NCBI GenBank assembly: GCA_964016885.1
Contig: OZ024740.1
Location: 140,678,001-140,742,000 of the forward strand
Source of the DNA: Eledone cirrhosa
Taxonomy: Eukaryota
Length of the DNA: 64,000 bases
Direction: 5' to 3'
Both the position numbers and the translations under genes were made by a program. The notes under the pieces are model-generated. The model worked only from the letters and a program-made list of their open reading frames with translations. It had not been told where the DNA came from and did not search any database. Each line of letters begins with the position of its first letter. Within the stretch, counting starts at the first letter, position 1. Positions 1-10,442 of this stretch are shown piece by piece.

Positions 1-1
1 A

Positions 2-1870
2 TACGAAAACCCAGTTCATTCGTCTGACGTCAGGAATAATAGCAGTAGCAGCCGTAATAACAACAGCAACAGTGACAATGAAAACAACAGTAGCAGCCGC
101 AACAGCATCACCAGCAGCATAAACAACAACAGCATTAGCAGCAGCAACACCAACAACAACCACAGCAACAGCGGCGGAGGCAGTAGTCGTAGTACCTGCA
201 GCAACAACAAAAGTACCAGCAGCTCTGACGACAACAACAACAGCAGAGAAAAACCAATCTCATTTGCAGGTATTGCGAAAAACCTGGAAACAATCCTCAT
301 AACAAATGAGGAATTAGAGGAAGCGAAGAAGATGGTGACAAAGAACGGACACCGAGCAATCTGCAAGGCAGCGAAAAATTTTTTCGAAACCCAAGAGCAC
401 TGTACGGTCACGTACCGTACAGTAAGTACAAAATCCCGTAGGGTGGAAAGAGCCACAGAGGCCCAAATACAAAAAGCCTTGGGGTCTGTGTGGCAGCGGA
501 AAACGCACATCACCCGAGGCAAAAAATACGCCACCGTAGACGTACTTTTTGCCACACCCCAGGAGGCAAAGGCCCAATCAGTAGTGACCCTAAGGAGCGA
601 GGAAATGGTGTTGGTGCCCTCCTACTGCGGGCAAAAAATTGTGAGGGTCAAACTGACCCACGTCCCTCCCGGAATGACCCCTTCTTGGCTGGCCGCGTCT
701 GTCCTCGTCGGAATCGAGGACAAAACAACTGTACTGCAAGTACAGAAAAAAGTAAGAGAAGATTGGGTCGGCTCCTCCATTGAGATGCTAATCCAAACCA
801 ACCAGGAGTGCATCGAAGCTATCCCGGATGTGATAGACTTCGATAACGGCACTCAACTGCCCATAAGTGTTGAGGGCAAACGCCCGAAATGCTTTCGCTG
901 TGGATCGAAGACTCACCTCAGGGCCTTCTGCAACGAGAAGACCATGAGAAAGGAGAAAACCCCCCTCCTCCCGAATCCGGTTCCACGGCTACCAGCAACA
1001 GGACAAGCGGCAACCAGGAACGATAGGTCCGTGGCACCCATACCCACTCCACGGAAATCAAAGACAGCAGCAGCAGTGGAAATATTAACAACAACAACAG
1101 CAATACCAAATGCAGCTGCAACAGAGACTCCAGTGCAAACATCACCAACAACAACAAGTGAAAGAGTGGAGCTGGTACCCCTCCCCGACCTTACAGAATC
1201 AGACATGGAGTGTGAGGTGGGAGAGGGATGGCAAAAGGTCTCAAGAAGGCACAAACGCAGAAGCAGCGCATCGTCGCCTTTGAAAAGGGAGGAAAGAAAT
1301 GAGAAAAGGGTAAAGTCTACTGCAAAGAGACCCACAGCAGCAACACCACCAACACCATCACCACCCACACCAGCACCACCATCACCACCGGCAACAACCC
1401 CACCGCCAACAACACCTTCAACACCACCACCACAAGCACCAACATCGCAAACACAACAACAAAACACACACACCCAGCAACAACGACAAGAAAATAGCAG
1501 AACCACACCCCACCCCCAGAAAAACAAATGCACGGCAATAAACACACACAACAAGAAACTAATGACTTACATAATTGAACACACAGACATTTCACAACAG
1601 GACTACATAATACCAGCACCAATCAAAACGCCAACTAACATAAGACTGCTAAAAATAGCACAGAAACAATACACAAACATTAAAACGAAATTCCCCAACG
1701 CAGTTGGTGATTTCAGGGACCTAGGAGGAACCATTAATCGAAGAGTATATTCAGACATTCTCTTAGAAGAGCCGACGACCAGCCGAAGGGACGATTCAAC
1801 GGTCCCTTCACCAGACGATCAAGTGAAAAGGGATGTAAAAACCATCCCTCCTCTACCAAAAGTACGGTAA
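2..1870 (+). CDS. LINE ORF1 (gag-like nucleic-acid-binding protein), 5'-partial
   Basis: The 332..1870 frame is open back to base 2 (N/S-rich YENPVHSSDVRNNSS...). Zinc knuckle CFRCGSKTHLRAFC, basic KVSRRHKRR patch, Pro/Thr-rich low-complexity region. Confidence 0.88.
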   Translation, partial: YENPVHSSDVRNNSSSSRNNNSNSDNENNSSSRNSITSSINNNSISSSNTNNNHSNSGGGSSRSTCSNNKSTSSSDDNNNSREKPISFAGIAKNLETILITNEELEEAKKMVTKNGHRAICKAAKNFFETQEHCTVTYRTVSTKSRRVERATEAQIQKALGSVWQRKTHITRGKKYATVDVLFATPQEAKAQSVVTLRSEEMVLVPSYCGQKIVRVKLTHVPPGMTPSWLAASVLVGIEDKTTVLQVQKKVREDWVGSSIEMLIQTNQECIEAIPDVIDFDNGTQLPISVEGKRPKCFRCGSKTHLRAFCNEKTMRKEKTPLLPNPVPRLPATGQAATRNDRSVAPIPTPRKSKTAAAVEILTTTTAIPNAAATETPVQTSPTTTSERVELVPLPDLTESDMECEVGEGWQKVSRRHKRRSSASSPLKREERNEKRVKSTAKRPTAATPPTPSPPTPAPPSPPATTPPPTTPSTPPPQAPTSQTQQQNTHTQQQRQENSRTTPHPQKNKCTAINTHNKKLMTYIIEHTDISQQDYIIPAPIKTPTNIRLLKIAQKQYTNIKTKFPNAVGDFRDLGGTINRRVYSDILLEEPTTSRRDDSTVPSPDDQVKRDVKTIPPLPKVR

Positions 1871-1905
1871 GTGGTCTTTCCCATCTTTTCCACTCTATTT
1901 TAAAC

Positions 1906-4900
1906 ATGACCTCACTCAGAATAGGCAGCATAAATGCGCGTGGCTTGGGGTCGTCATGGAAGCAGGGTCACCTGCTCAACGACCTCAGGTCACTAAACAT
2001 AGATGTAGTAGCCATCAGCGAGACCAGAATCTCCGAAGCACGGGCCTTCGCACCGATCTTCGGCGGCTACGATGTGTACGCATCTCCCAGCCGTCCTGGA
2101 TCCGGTGGAGGAGTTGCTGTGCTTTTTCGGAGAGGTTTGGATCTCGCCATACGGGCCATCTTCCTGGACCCAGAGGGTAAGCTGGTGGTGCTGGACGTGA
2201 CCAGCGGAGACGGGCAAGCTTTCAGGCTAGTGGCCGTCTATGCCCCGACAGGAGCAGGGCGGCCTGATTTCTTCCGGCGTCTGGAGACCTTTCTTGGAAC
2301 GTCCCGCTCTTTAGTGTTAGTGGGCGACTGGAACGGGATCTTAGATGCACGCTGGGACTGTGTGGGATTAGCGGATAGGGGTGGAGGGTGCAAGAGCCTC
2401 ACCAACCTGCTCAGGCGTTTTGAACTGTCTGACAGGTACCGATTGGATTTCCCGAATGTGCCAATGTGGACTTGGACAAACCGCATAGGGTCATCCAGAT
2501 CATATCTAGATAGAGTATTTTGTAGGGAAATAGATAGGTCTAGCATAGGCTGTCCACAATTCAAGATAGTCAGCTACACGGACCACAAATTCGTGACCTG
2601 TGTGCTTGACTTAGATAGGCTTCATAGACGAGGACCCGGCTACTGGAAGCTAAACGCGTCCTTACCAGCGCGCAAGGCCTACAGAGACCGGATTAGCGAA
2701 CTAGTTAAGCGGGCGTTGACGGGGGCCATCGTCAACAACAAGTGGTGGTTTGCTCTGAAAAGAGCGATTAGAATAGAATCGATTAGGTTTAGTAAGGCTT
2801 TAGCAATAGAGAAAAATAGAGCAGAGGGAGAACTAGTTAGAAAATTAGACGAGGCGCTTAGCAAAGGCATTGCGACCGACGTGCTTGCGGCGAAATTGGC
2901 CCTTGACCAATTCTTCAATGCAAAGCACGAAGGCTGCGTTGTCAGAGCTAGGGTGCGTGCTCTCAGACACGAGGGGACGAAAGCCGTTCAATGGGCCCGA
3001 GTGGCGGAGGCGCGTCGTGGCAACAAAGCCACGATCCGGTCTTTGGTGGACCACGACGGGCGCATGCTACTCGATCCCGGGCAAATGTGTGAAGCTTTTC
3101 AGCGACACTTCGCTCAGCTGTTCGGGGGCAGCGGTGGGCCGGGTAGAGGGATGGACTTTAGTGTCTACCTCGACGGACTGCCGCGGCTCTCGGCCACTGA
3201 GGCGAAGTGTTGCGAAAAGCCGATAACAGCCGCTGAAGTACGGGAGGCAATGACTGGCTGCACAAGGGGTAAATCGCCTGGTTTGGATGGTCTGCCCTAT
3301 GAACTTTACGTACAGATGCCAGACTTGTTCGGAGGCCTCTTGGCGGACGTCTACTGCAACTGGCAACAGAACGGGAGAATTCCCAGTTCTGTGAGCCGAG
3401 GAGCGGTGGCACTGCTGAGAAAGGATCCGAACAAGGGGGATAACATAGACAATTTCCGGCCCATAACTCTGCTAAACACAGAGTTTAAGATTTTGGCCAA
3501 GGTGCTAGCAAAGAGGTTGGCGCTTGTCGTTGGTGGTCTGGTGGGAGAGGCGCAGACATGCGCCATTCCCGACAGATCCATCCACGACAACCTCCACCTC
3601 ATGCGATACATCGTAGAGAGGGTAGCTAGGGAACCTGGCACGGGTGGGTCCTTGATCAATTTAGATCAGTCGAAAGCTTTCGATAGGGTCGACCATCGTT
3701 ACCTAGCGGCAGTCCTGAGGGCGGCTGGCTTTGGGCCCGTCTTCAGAGGCTGGATCGCTGCCATGCACAGCGACATCTGCTCTGTGGTGAGAGTGAACGG
3801 TCACCTGTCGGAACCGTTCAACATCATGCGCTCGGTCCGCCAAGGATGTCCCCTCTCGTCCCTCTTGTACGTATTGACTCTCGAGCCATTACTGCACAAA
3901 CTGGAGACGTTGAGGGGAGTCCCGCGCGAACTAGGATGCGGAAGATCCGTGTCAGCATATGCGGACGATGTCACCGTAGTGGTGTCGAACGCCAAACACA
4001 TCGAGGCGATCGGCACTACACTAAGAGAATACGAAGCGGTGACAGGAGCAATGATCAACCAGGAAAAGTCAGTGGGCCTGCAGCTCGGCACCTGGAGAGG
4101 CAGGTCCATGCCGTCCAACAGCGTCGTCGGGCGCTGGACGGACGGACCGGTTAAATTGCTAGGGGTCTGGTTCGGTCCGGACCTCCAGACGGACAAAAAC
4201 TGGGACGAGGTGACGAGCAGGGTGGCTTCTCTCACCCAGAAATGGGCGGAGAGGAAGCTATCCCTGAAAGGTCGAGCGGAGGTGGCTAACGCGTACATCG
4301 CGTCTGTCATCTGCTACCGCCTAACCGTCGTACCTTGTCCTAAGCCTCGCCTGACTGCGCTGGAGCGTTTGCTCTTTCGCTTTTTGTGGAAGGGACGTGC
4401 TCCGATGGTCAGGCGGTCCATCTGTTGTCAACACCCGCTACGTGGAGGGCTGGGCATGCCGTGGCTGATGATGCGCAGGCATGCGCTCAGGCTACGACAT
4501 CTCCACCTCTTCCTCGACGGTGATCAGGTGTGGTCGCCGTTTGCTAGACGCGTTTTTCCCCAGCTCGTTTCCTTGACGGAGCTGCAGTCCTGGGTCAAGC
4601 GAAGACCGAGAGGGAGCGCCTGGAGACTGGAATGTCTTCAGGCGCTCACAGCCCTCGACCAATCGGGCAATGTGATCGGTGGAAACTCCACCTCGGCGTT
4701 CTATAGAGGATTAGTGGAGGGGAAGAGCGACGACGTACTTGGGGAAACTCTAGGCGTCGACGAAAATCAACTAGCCAATCTCTTCGGAAGAACTTTCGGG
4801 CCGGGGCCTATGGACAACTTCCAGAAATCTCTGGCCTGGCAGTGCTACCGAGGAGCCTTGCCAGTTCGGGATAAACTCTACAGGCATGGAGGTGCCGTCA

Positions 4901-5325
4901 GCCGGGCATGTCCGAGATGCGCGCAGGGCGACGAAACCGTCCTGCACGCACTCGTCCAGTGTCCGAAAATTGCTGACTTGTGGGTTTATGTCGAACACCT
5001 GCTGTCGCGTTTAGGACGGATCCAGCTATCATCTGAGTCTATCGTGAGGATTGCCCCGCCCTCCTCCTTTAGCCGGGAAGGGCAGGCAGTTTTTATCTGT
5101 CTGGTGGCCATGGCGAAAGAGATAGTATGGTGGACACGTTTGAAAGGGCTGAAGACGAGCACTTACCTCTTCGGTGATGCTCTGATTGACTTTTTCAAAT
5201 TTCATTTGAAAAGGAAAATCAGAGTAGAGAAGGAAGTGCTCTCTTCCCAGCATTTTGTTGAAAGATGGGTGAGAGAAGCAAGAATGGCCCGAGTGAATGG
5301 GCCGACTCTGAGTATATATCTGTAA
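1906..5325 (+). CDS. LINE ORF2: APE endonuclease + reverse transcriptase + C-terminal Cys-rich motif (1139 aa)
   Basis: APE motifs INARGL, ISET, LVGDWN, SYLDRV, YTDH; RT motifs KSPGLDG, FRPITLLN, DQSKAFDRV, RQGCPLS, AYADD; C-terminal CPRC...HALVQC. No internal stops. Confidence 0.96.
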   Translation: MTSLRIGSINARGLGSSWKQGHLLNDLRSLNIDVVAISETRISEARAFAPIFGGYDVYASPSRPGSGGGVAVLFRRGLDLAIRAIFLDPEGKLVVLDVTSGDGQAFRLVAVYAPTGAGRPDFFRRLETFLGTSRSLVLVGDWNGILDARWDCVGLADRGGGCKSLTNLLRRFELSDRYRLDFPNVPMWTWTNRIGSSRSYLDRVFCREIDRSSIGCPQFKIVSYTDHKFVTCVLDLDRLHRRGPGYWKLNASLPARKAYRDRISELVKRALTGAIVNNKWWFALKRAIRIESIRFSKALAIEKNRAEGELVRKLDEALSKGIATDVLAAKLALDQFFNAKHEGCVVRARVRALRHEGTKAVQWARVAEARRGNKATIRSLVDHDGRMLLDPGQMCEAFQRHFAQLFGGSGGPGRGMDFSVYLDGLPRLSATEAKCCEKPITAAEVREAMTGCTRGKSPGLDGLPYELYVQMPDLFGGLLADVYCNWQQNGRIPSSVSRGAVALLRKDPNKGDNIDNFRPITLLNTEFKILAKVLAKRLALVVGGLVGEAQTCAIPDRSIHDNLHLMRYIVERVAREPGTGGSLINLDQSKAFDRVDHRYLAAVLRAAGFGPVFRGWIAAMHSDICSVVRVNGHLSEPFNIMRSVRQGCPLSSLLYVLTLEPLLHKLETLRGVPRELGCGRSVSAYADDVTVVVSNAKHIEAIGTTLREYEAVTGAMINQEKSVGLQLGTWRGRSMPSNSVVGRWTDGPVKLLGVWFGPDLQTDKNWDEVTSRVASLTQKWAERKLSLKGRAEVANAYIASVICYRLTVVPCPKPRLTALERLLFRFLWKGRAPMVRRSICCQHPLRGGLGMPWLMMRRHALRLRHLHLFLDGDQVWSPFARRVFPQLVSLTELQSWVKRRPRGSAWRLECLQALTALDQSGNVIGGNSTSAFYRGLVEGKSDDVLGETLGVDENQLANLFGRTFGPGPMDNFQKSLAWQCYRGALPVRDKLYRHGGAVSRACPRCAQGDETVLHALVQCPKIADLWVYVEHLLSRLGRIQLSSESIVRIAPPSSFSREGQAVFICLVAMAKEIVWWTRLKGLKTSTYLFGDALIDFFKFHLKRKIRVEKEVLSSQHFVERWVREARMARVNGPTLSIYL

Positions 5326-5585
5326 ACTAAAGGTGGAAAACTGGGAGAGGGCACTTGCCTTGGTGGTCAGGGTCATTGTGGCTTTTTACTGGGCTTTCTC
5401 CACAAATGTCCCTCCGAAGTCTCCCCCCTATTGGGGAATTTTTCATTGTTATTTTCATTGTTATTTTTGTTACATCCTCTGTTTTTGTTTTTTTACACGC
5501 AGAAATGCCCATTTGTACCGTCCTGCATTGTCCTGCACTGTCCTTAATGTCTACTTTATGTAAACCCTTGTGGTTAATAAAGAAA

Positions 5586-5640
<55 letters not shown>

Positions 5641-5641
<1 letters not shown>

Positions 5642-5835
5642 TAGAGCGTCGGACAACATGCTTAGTGGCATAGAGTTAGGGTCATTTACAGTCTGAGTTC
5701 AAATCCTGCTGAGGTTAGCTTTGCCTTTCATCCTTATGGGGTCGATAAATAAAGTATGAGTAATGCACTGGGGTTGATATAATCGACTTTCCCCTCCCCC
5801 AAAATTGCTACCCTTGTGCCTATAGTAGAAACAAT
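5641..5835 (+). mobile_element. tRNA-derived SINE family B (5'-truncated copy)
   Basis: B-box-like GAGTTCAAATCC followed by the core TTTGCCTTTCATCC...GGGGTCGATAAA. Related copies at ~11500-11640(-), 29220-29435(+), 29520-29660(-), 38770-38960(-), 41450-41585(+), 43300-43670(-), 44180-44600(-), 47530-47780(-), 48600-48740, 59510-59625(+). Confidence 0.8.
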
Positions 5836-5904
5836 TAGCATCATTATAGTATTATTATTATTAACATTTTTATTATTATTATTGTTGTTGTTGTTATTTT
5901 TCAG

Positions 5905-5982
5905 GAACAATCCAAATTACAATGATCGACAAGATATCACCTTGTGGGAGATTCCATTTGTTAAAGAATGGCTCAAAGACCA
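5905..5982 (+). CDS. Candidate internal exon of an unidentified plus-strand gene
   Basis: Unique sequence after a T-rich tract and ttttcAG acceptor. One frame reads NNPNYNDRQDITLWEIPFVKEWLKD. The donor (GTTAAT at 5983) is weak, and frame and end are uncertain. Confidence 0.35.
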
Positions 5983-8157
5983 GTTAATATCAGATCTTAT
6001 TTATTGCTACCCTTTGTTGTTGTCATTGCTGTTGTTATAGTTGTTTTTGCTACTCTTGTTACTGTTGTTATTGTTGTTGTTGTTGTTGTCTCTAGTCTGT
6101 CTATTTCAAAAGACAAGCTGTCACTCACCAACAACCTACAAAATTTGTTAATCAGCATGTTGCTTATTGCCACCTTGAAATGTAACATGACATAACTAAA
6201 TACTGCAATGTATGGTGTGTGGCTACTTTTTCTCCCAACTGTGTTAATAATTAAATCTAAACAGCCTCTGCTCTATGAGAATGCTGACTCCAAACACTCC
6301 CCCACATACACACTTACACACAACTAAACTGACTCACACACTGTTGTAGATGTGGTTGAGAGGCCAGAGCTGAATCCTGGGTGTTTAGTGCTTTAGGCTA
6401 GCTCTGCAATGTGTGCTCTATTCACCAAGTTATGCATCCCATTTTCTCAAATAAAATAATTTTAACTTAGAGCTTGGTAAGTTGATGAGCATACTTTTTA
6501 ACAAAGTCATAACACCATACAACCCCTCCTTCGCTTTAGATATTTCCACAACACTGCTCCACAGCAAAGATGCTTAGTGCTATAATTATTGATCACAGGA
6601 AATTATTATACATTTAATTTAATTATACAAATTGGTATAAAACTACAATCCTTTAAGGTTCAGTAATGTGCCTCTCTAATGCCTGCACCCCAGGTGGTCT
6701 TAACAGTAGTGCTGGCCTAGTGTGTGGCTAAGAAATTTGCTTTGAAAACTACTTAGTTTGGGATTCAATCTCACTGTACAGAACTGTAGGCAAGTAACTT
6801 CCACCACAATCTTATGTCAACCAAAGCTTTGTGAGTGAAATTTAGTAAATAGAAGCATGGAAACTTTGCAACTAAATGGTTTTGAATTCGCCTGCTACCA
6901 TAGTTTAATGTTAACCAAAGCTTTGTGAGTGGAATTTGGTAGATGCATACTTGGTAATCAAAACTTCATTGTGAATTTGACCTGAAGGAAGTTTATAGAA
7001 ACTTCATAGAAAGCGGTTGGCATTTGGAAGGGCATCCAGTCATAGAAACCATGCTTAAAATGGAATCTATTGAATGAGATGTAGCTTTGTTCAGTCTGTG
7101 GCAGAAGGGAAAGATAGACTTATGATGATGATGGCCATCATCCCCCATCTTCTAAAAACTCCATGAAACCTCTTCATTATACATTAGCCACATATTTACC
7201 ACATTTACCCACTCACATTCTGTTATACACATACACGCTCACCTCTGTTCAAAACATCCACCATCAACACTAGTTCATCCTCCCTTTTCTTTTGTGTTTC
7301 TCTTTTTGTGACAAAATATCTAGCTGCCACTGCAATGCCTCCCCATCACACTCTGATTTATCCTCTCCCATTATTGATTCCCTTTGCCATGCCAAAGTCA
7401 CACTATTCTCCCTAGTTCTGGTGCCAAGATAAAATACACCCGATACATCCTATAAATGTTAGTGCCGGTACCACAATAAAATGCACCCAGTACGCTCTTT
7501 AAAGTGGTAGTGCTTGTACCATGATGAAATACACCCCAATACACCCTGGTTGGCTTTAGAAATCACACCAAAAAGGAACTGTGTGAGCAAAAAATTGTCC
7601 TCCTGTTTTGGATTATGATGACAACTCATCTAACCCTTGCCAGCATGGAAAACAAATGTAATATGATAATGATATATATGTACACACAAGCACACACTTT
7701 CTCATACTTTCTCTCTTCCTCTCTCCTTTTTTTTTAGTTCAATTTTTTATCTCTCAATTTTTCTTTTATATTCTCCTTTTCTCACCTTTTCTCACTCCCC
7801 CCTCTCTCTCTCATTTTCCTACTTTTATTTTCTAGCTACCTCTTGTTCTCGCAGTCCCTCTACTCCTCCTTCTCTTTTTGTTTCCACACCCTCTCCCTGT
7901 CTCTCTACATCCCTCTTCTCCTTTCTTCATCTCTTTACCTCTCTCTGGCACCAGTGTGACCAATTCTTCTTATCTGCCCCCAGTTCCAGAGTACCATTAC
8001 CAAAATCTCTGCTATGGAGTGAAGAAGAGGCATCTATAGTGATACAGTCATTTTGGCGAGGATATAAGGTATTTTACAGTCTTTTACAATCCCTACAGTA
8101 TTATAATTATCGTAAAATCATAATATATTTATATATATGTATATATATATATACATA

Positions 8158-8628
8158 TATGATGCCTGTATGAGGAGTGCAATGCTGCATGGTAGTGAGA
8201 CATGGGCAGCAACTGCAGAGGATATGCGACGGCTGGAGAGAAATGAGGTAAGCATGCTCCGTTGGATGTGCAATGTCAATGTGCGTGAACGACCCAGCAT
8301 GAATGTGTTGAGAGTGAAACTGTGTATAAGAGGGATAAACTGTAGTGTGCGAGAGAGGAGACTGCAGTGGTATGGACATGTGATGCGCATAGAGGATGAC
8401 TGATGGGTGAAGAAGTGCCAGGAAGTCCCAGTGGAGGGAAGACGCAGTAGAGGTAGACCACAAAAAACATGGGCGGAGGTGGTGAGAACAGACCTCAGAT
8501 CGCTGAAGCTCACGGTGGAGATGACGAAGACCGTGACAAGTGGAGAGATGCTGTGCTGAATAAGACCCATCCCACTCTTGCAAGCAGGGAAAAGCGGACG
8601 TAAAATGATGATGATGATGATGATGATG
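8158..8628 (+). mobile_element. RTE-clade LINE 3' fragment with (GAT)n tail
   Basis: YDACMRSAMLHGSETW...MLRWMC...RLQWYGHVMR, then RGRPQKTW; ends ...GCAAGCAGGGAAAAGCGGACGTAAAA(TGA)n. Confidence 0.88.
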
Positions 8629-8643
8629 ATATATATATATATA

Positions 8644-9017
8644 TGAGGGTAATCCCAAAAGTAAGGTCTCCAAAGCGATGAGGATGCAGAGAAACTGTTC
8701 GTACGGCTGTTGGCAACACTGTTGTGATTGGTGTTTCCTTCACTCCCTGGCTGGGATGCTCAATCTCGGCTTGGCAGCCGTTGAGAATGGAGCTCTCGTT
8801 GAACGCTACCGCCAAGTGCGAATTTCGTGCAGTTATTATATAGAGGGCAATCCCAAAAGTAAGGTCTCCTTCCGAGGAAAACATGGGTAAAGATCGGTGG
8901 ATCACTCTGGATGCTCTCTGCATTTTGGTTCATGAGGTTTCCCGAAGCACCATCCACAGGATTTTAACGGAAAAGTTGCAATATCGGAAGGAGACCTTAC
9001 TTTTGGGATTGCCCTCA
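8644..9017 (+). mobile_element. Internally deleted mariner element / MITE
   Basis: TA-flanked ~28-bp TIRs (TGAGGGTAATCCCAAAAGTAAGGTCTCC / GGAGACCTTACTTTTGGGATTGCCCTCA), an internal third TIR copy at ~8843-8869, and a mariner HTH-like remnant DRWITLDALCILVHEVSRSTIHRILTEKLQYRK. Confidence 0.85.
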
Positions 9018-9097
9018 TATATATTCGATAGACAAGAATGCAATTCAATTCAAGCACTCAACGTTATATTACTTCTTCAAAATATCAAAATAAGGAT

Positions 9098-9425
9098 CAT
9101 CATTTTACGTCCACTTTTCCCTGCTTGCAAGGGTGGGACCGGAACTGATTCTGACTTGATTTCTACAGCTGGATGCCCTTCCTAACACCAACCTCATTTA
9201 CAGTGAGTGCTGGGTGCTTTTTTGCCGTAGCACCTCCACGACCACTCTACAGTGGAATGATATGGACCCCAGTCCCTATCATCTCATTTCTACAGCTGAG
9301 TAAACTGGAGCAATGTGAAATAAAGTGTCTTGCTCAAGGAAACAACACATCACCCAGTCTGAGAATTGAACTCACAACCTTTCGATTGCAAGGCCAATGT
9401 TCTAACCACTAAGCCATGTGCCTCC
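9098..9425 (-). mobile_element. tRNA-derived SINE family A with RTE-derived 3' tail
   Basis: Near-identical reverse complement of 37970-38304. A-box TGGCTTAGTGG, B-box GAGTTCAATTC, CCTTGAGCAAG core. Confidence 0.9.
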
Positions 9426-9494
9426 ATAGGATGATGGAGTATATTTATAAAAAGGAAAATACAAAGTTGTAGTTGTTAAAGAGTCCTTTATTAA

Positions 9495-9550
9495 TAGAGC
9501 CATTATACATATTTCCATGACGATAGATATCGTAATTTCATCAGACAGGA
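9495..9550 (-). ncRNA. Type I hammerhead-ribozyme-like motif (degenerate), Penelope-like context
   Basis: Minus strand: cctgt CTGATGA a-attacgat-atct-atcgtcat-g GAAA tatgta TA atgg, followed by AATAAA. Stem II pairs; stems I and III pair if CpG decay is allowed. Confidence 0.6.
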
Positions 9551-9965
9551 AAATTGAGTAAAAGGTTACATTTCTGAGGCAATTATGGGTGGAAGGGAAC
9601 GGACTAAAAATGTTTTTGCTTTTGTTTTGGTTGTCTACTCCCTTCTAAACTTCGGAACCTCCCAACAGTTTTGCGCAGATACAGAGGTGGGGGAAGTTTA
9701 TTGCTTAACTATCACCCGGAATACTACTAGCCTTAGTTATTCTCTCCAGCAACGAAACTCCTACCACCTCAGCTGACAACACTATACGGTCAGTGAGAGT
9801 TCAATTCAGCCACAGATTTGTTTGCTACTAACTTTGGCGTCCAGCAGAATTCCAGTGCATGCGTACCCACCACCCGTTTATGGTATGAGAATACACCGAC
9901 CAACAACCCCAAAGTGAGAATATAACTTAATGCTATGATTAATATAAATTATCATTGGAAATATA

Positions 9966-10442
9966 TCATCATCATCACCATCATCATCATCATCCTTTTA
10001 TGCCCGGTTTTCCCTGATTGCAAGGGTGGGACGGGTCCTCTTCAGCACAGCATCTCTCCTCGTCATAGTCACAGTCCTTCGTCATCTACTCTGTGAGCTT
10101 CAGCAATCTGAGGTCAGCTCTCACCACCTCCGCCCATGTTTTTCATGGTCTTCCTTTCACCGGGGTTTCTTGGCACTTCTTCACCCAGCGGTCATCTTCC
10201 ATGCACATCACATGTCTATACCAACGGAGTCTTCTCTCCCACTCACTACAGTTTATCCCTCTTATACACAGTTTCACTCTCAACTTGTCTATGATTGGTC
10301 ATTCATGCACATTGATATTGCACATCCATCGGAACATGCTTGCTTTATTTCTGTCCAGCCTTCACATATCTTCCGCAGTTGCTGCCCATGTCTCACTACC
10401 ATGCAGCATCGTGCATCTCACACAGCCATCATACAACCGACC
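9966..10442 (-). mobile_element. RTE LINE 3' fragment
   Basis: Reverse-complement homolog of 8158-8628 with (CAT)n tail. Confidence 0.85.

Larger units (their letters stand above)
1..5638 (+). mobile_element. Tx1/L1-clade non-LTR retrotransposon, apparently intact; 5' end lies outside the window
   Basis: Two long non-overlapping ORFs (gag-like ORF1 with CCHC; ORF2 with APE, RT and a Cys motif), ~260-bp 3' UTR with AATAAA, and a (TTA)n tail at ~5588-5638. GC-richer than the flanks. Confidence 0.93.

Noticed and set aside
16-1622. Long antisense ORFs over LINE ORF1 (179 and 213 aa)
   Set aside because: Shadows of low-complexity CAA/CAC-rich coding sequence.
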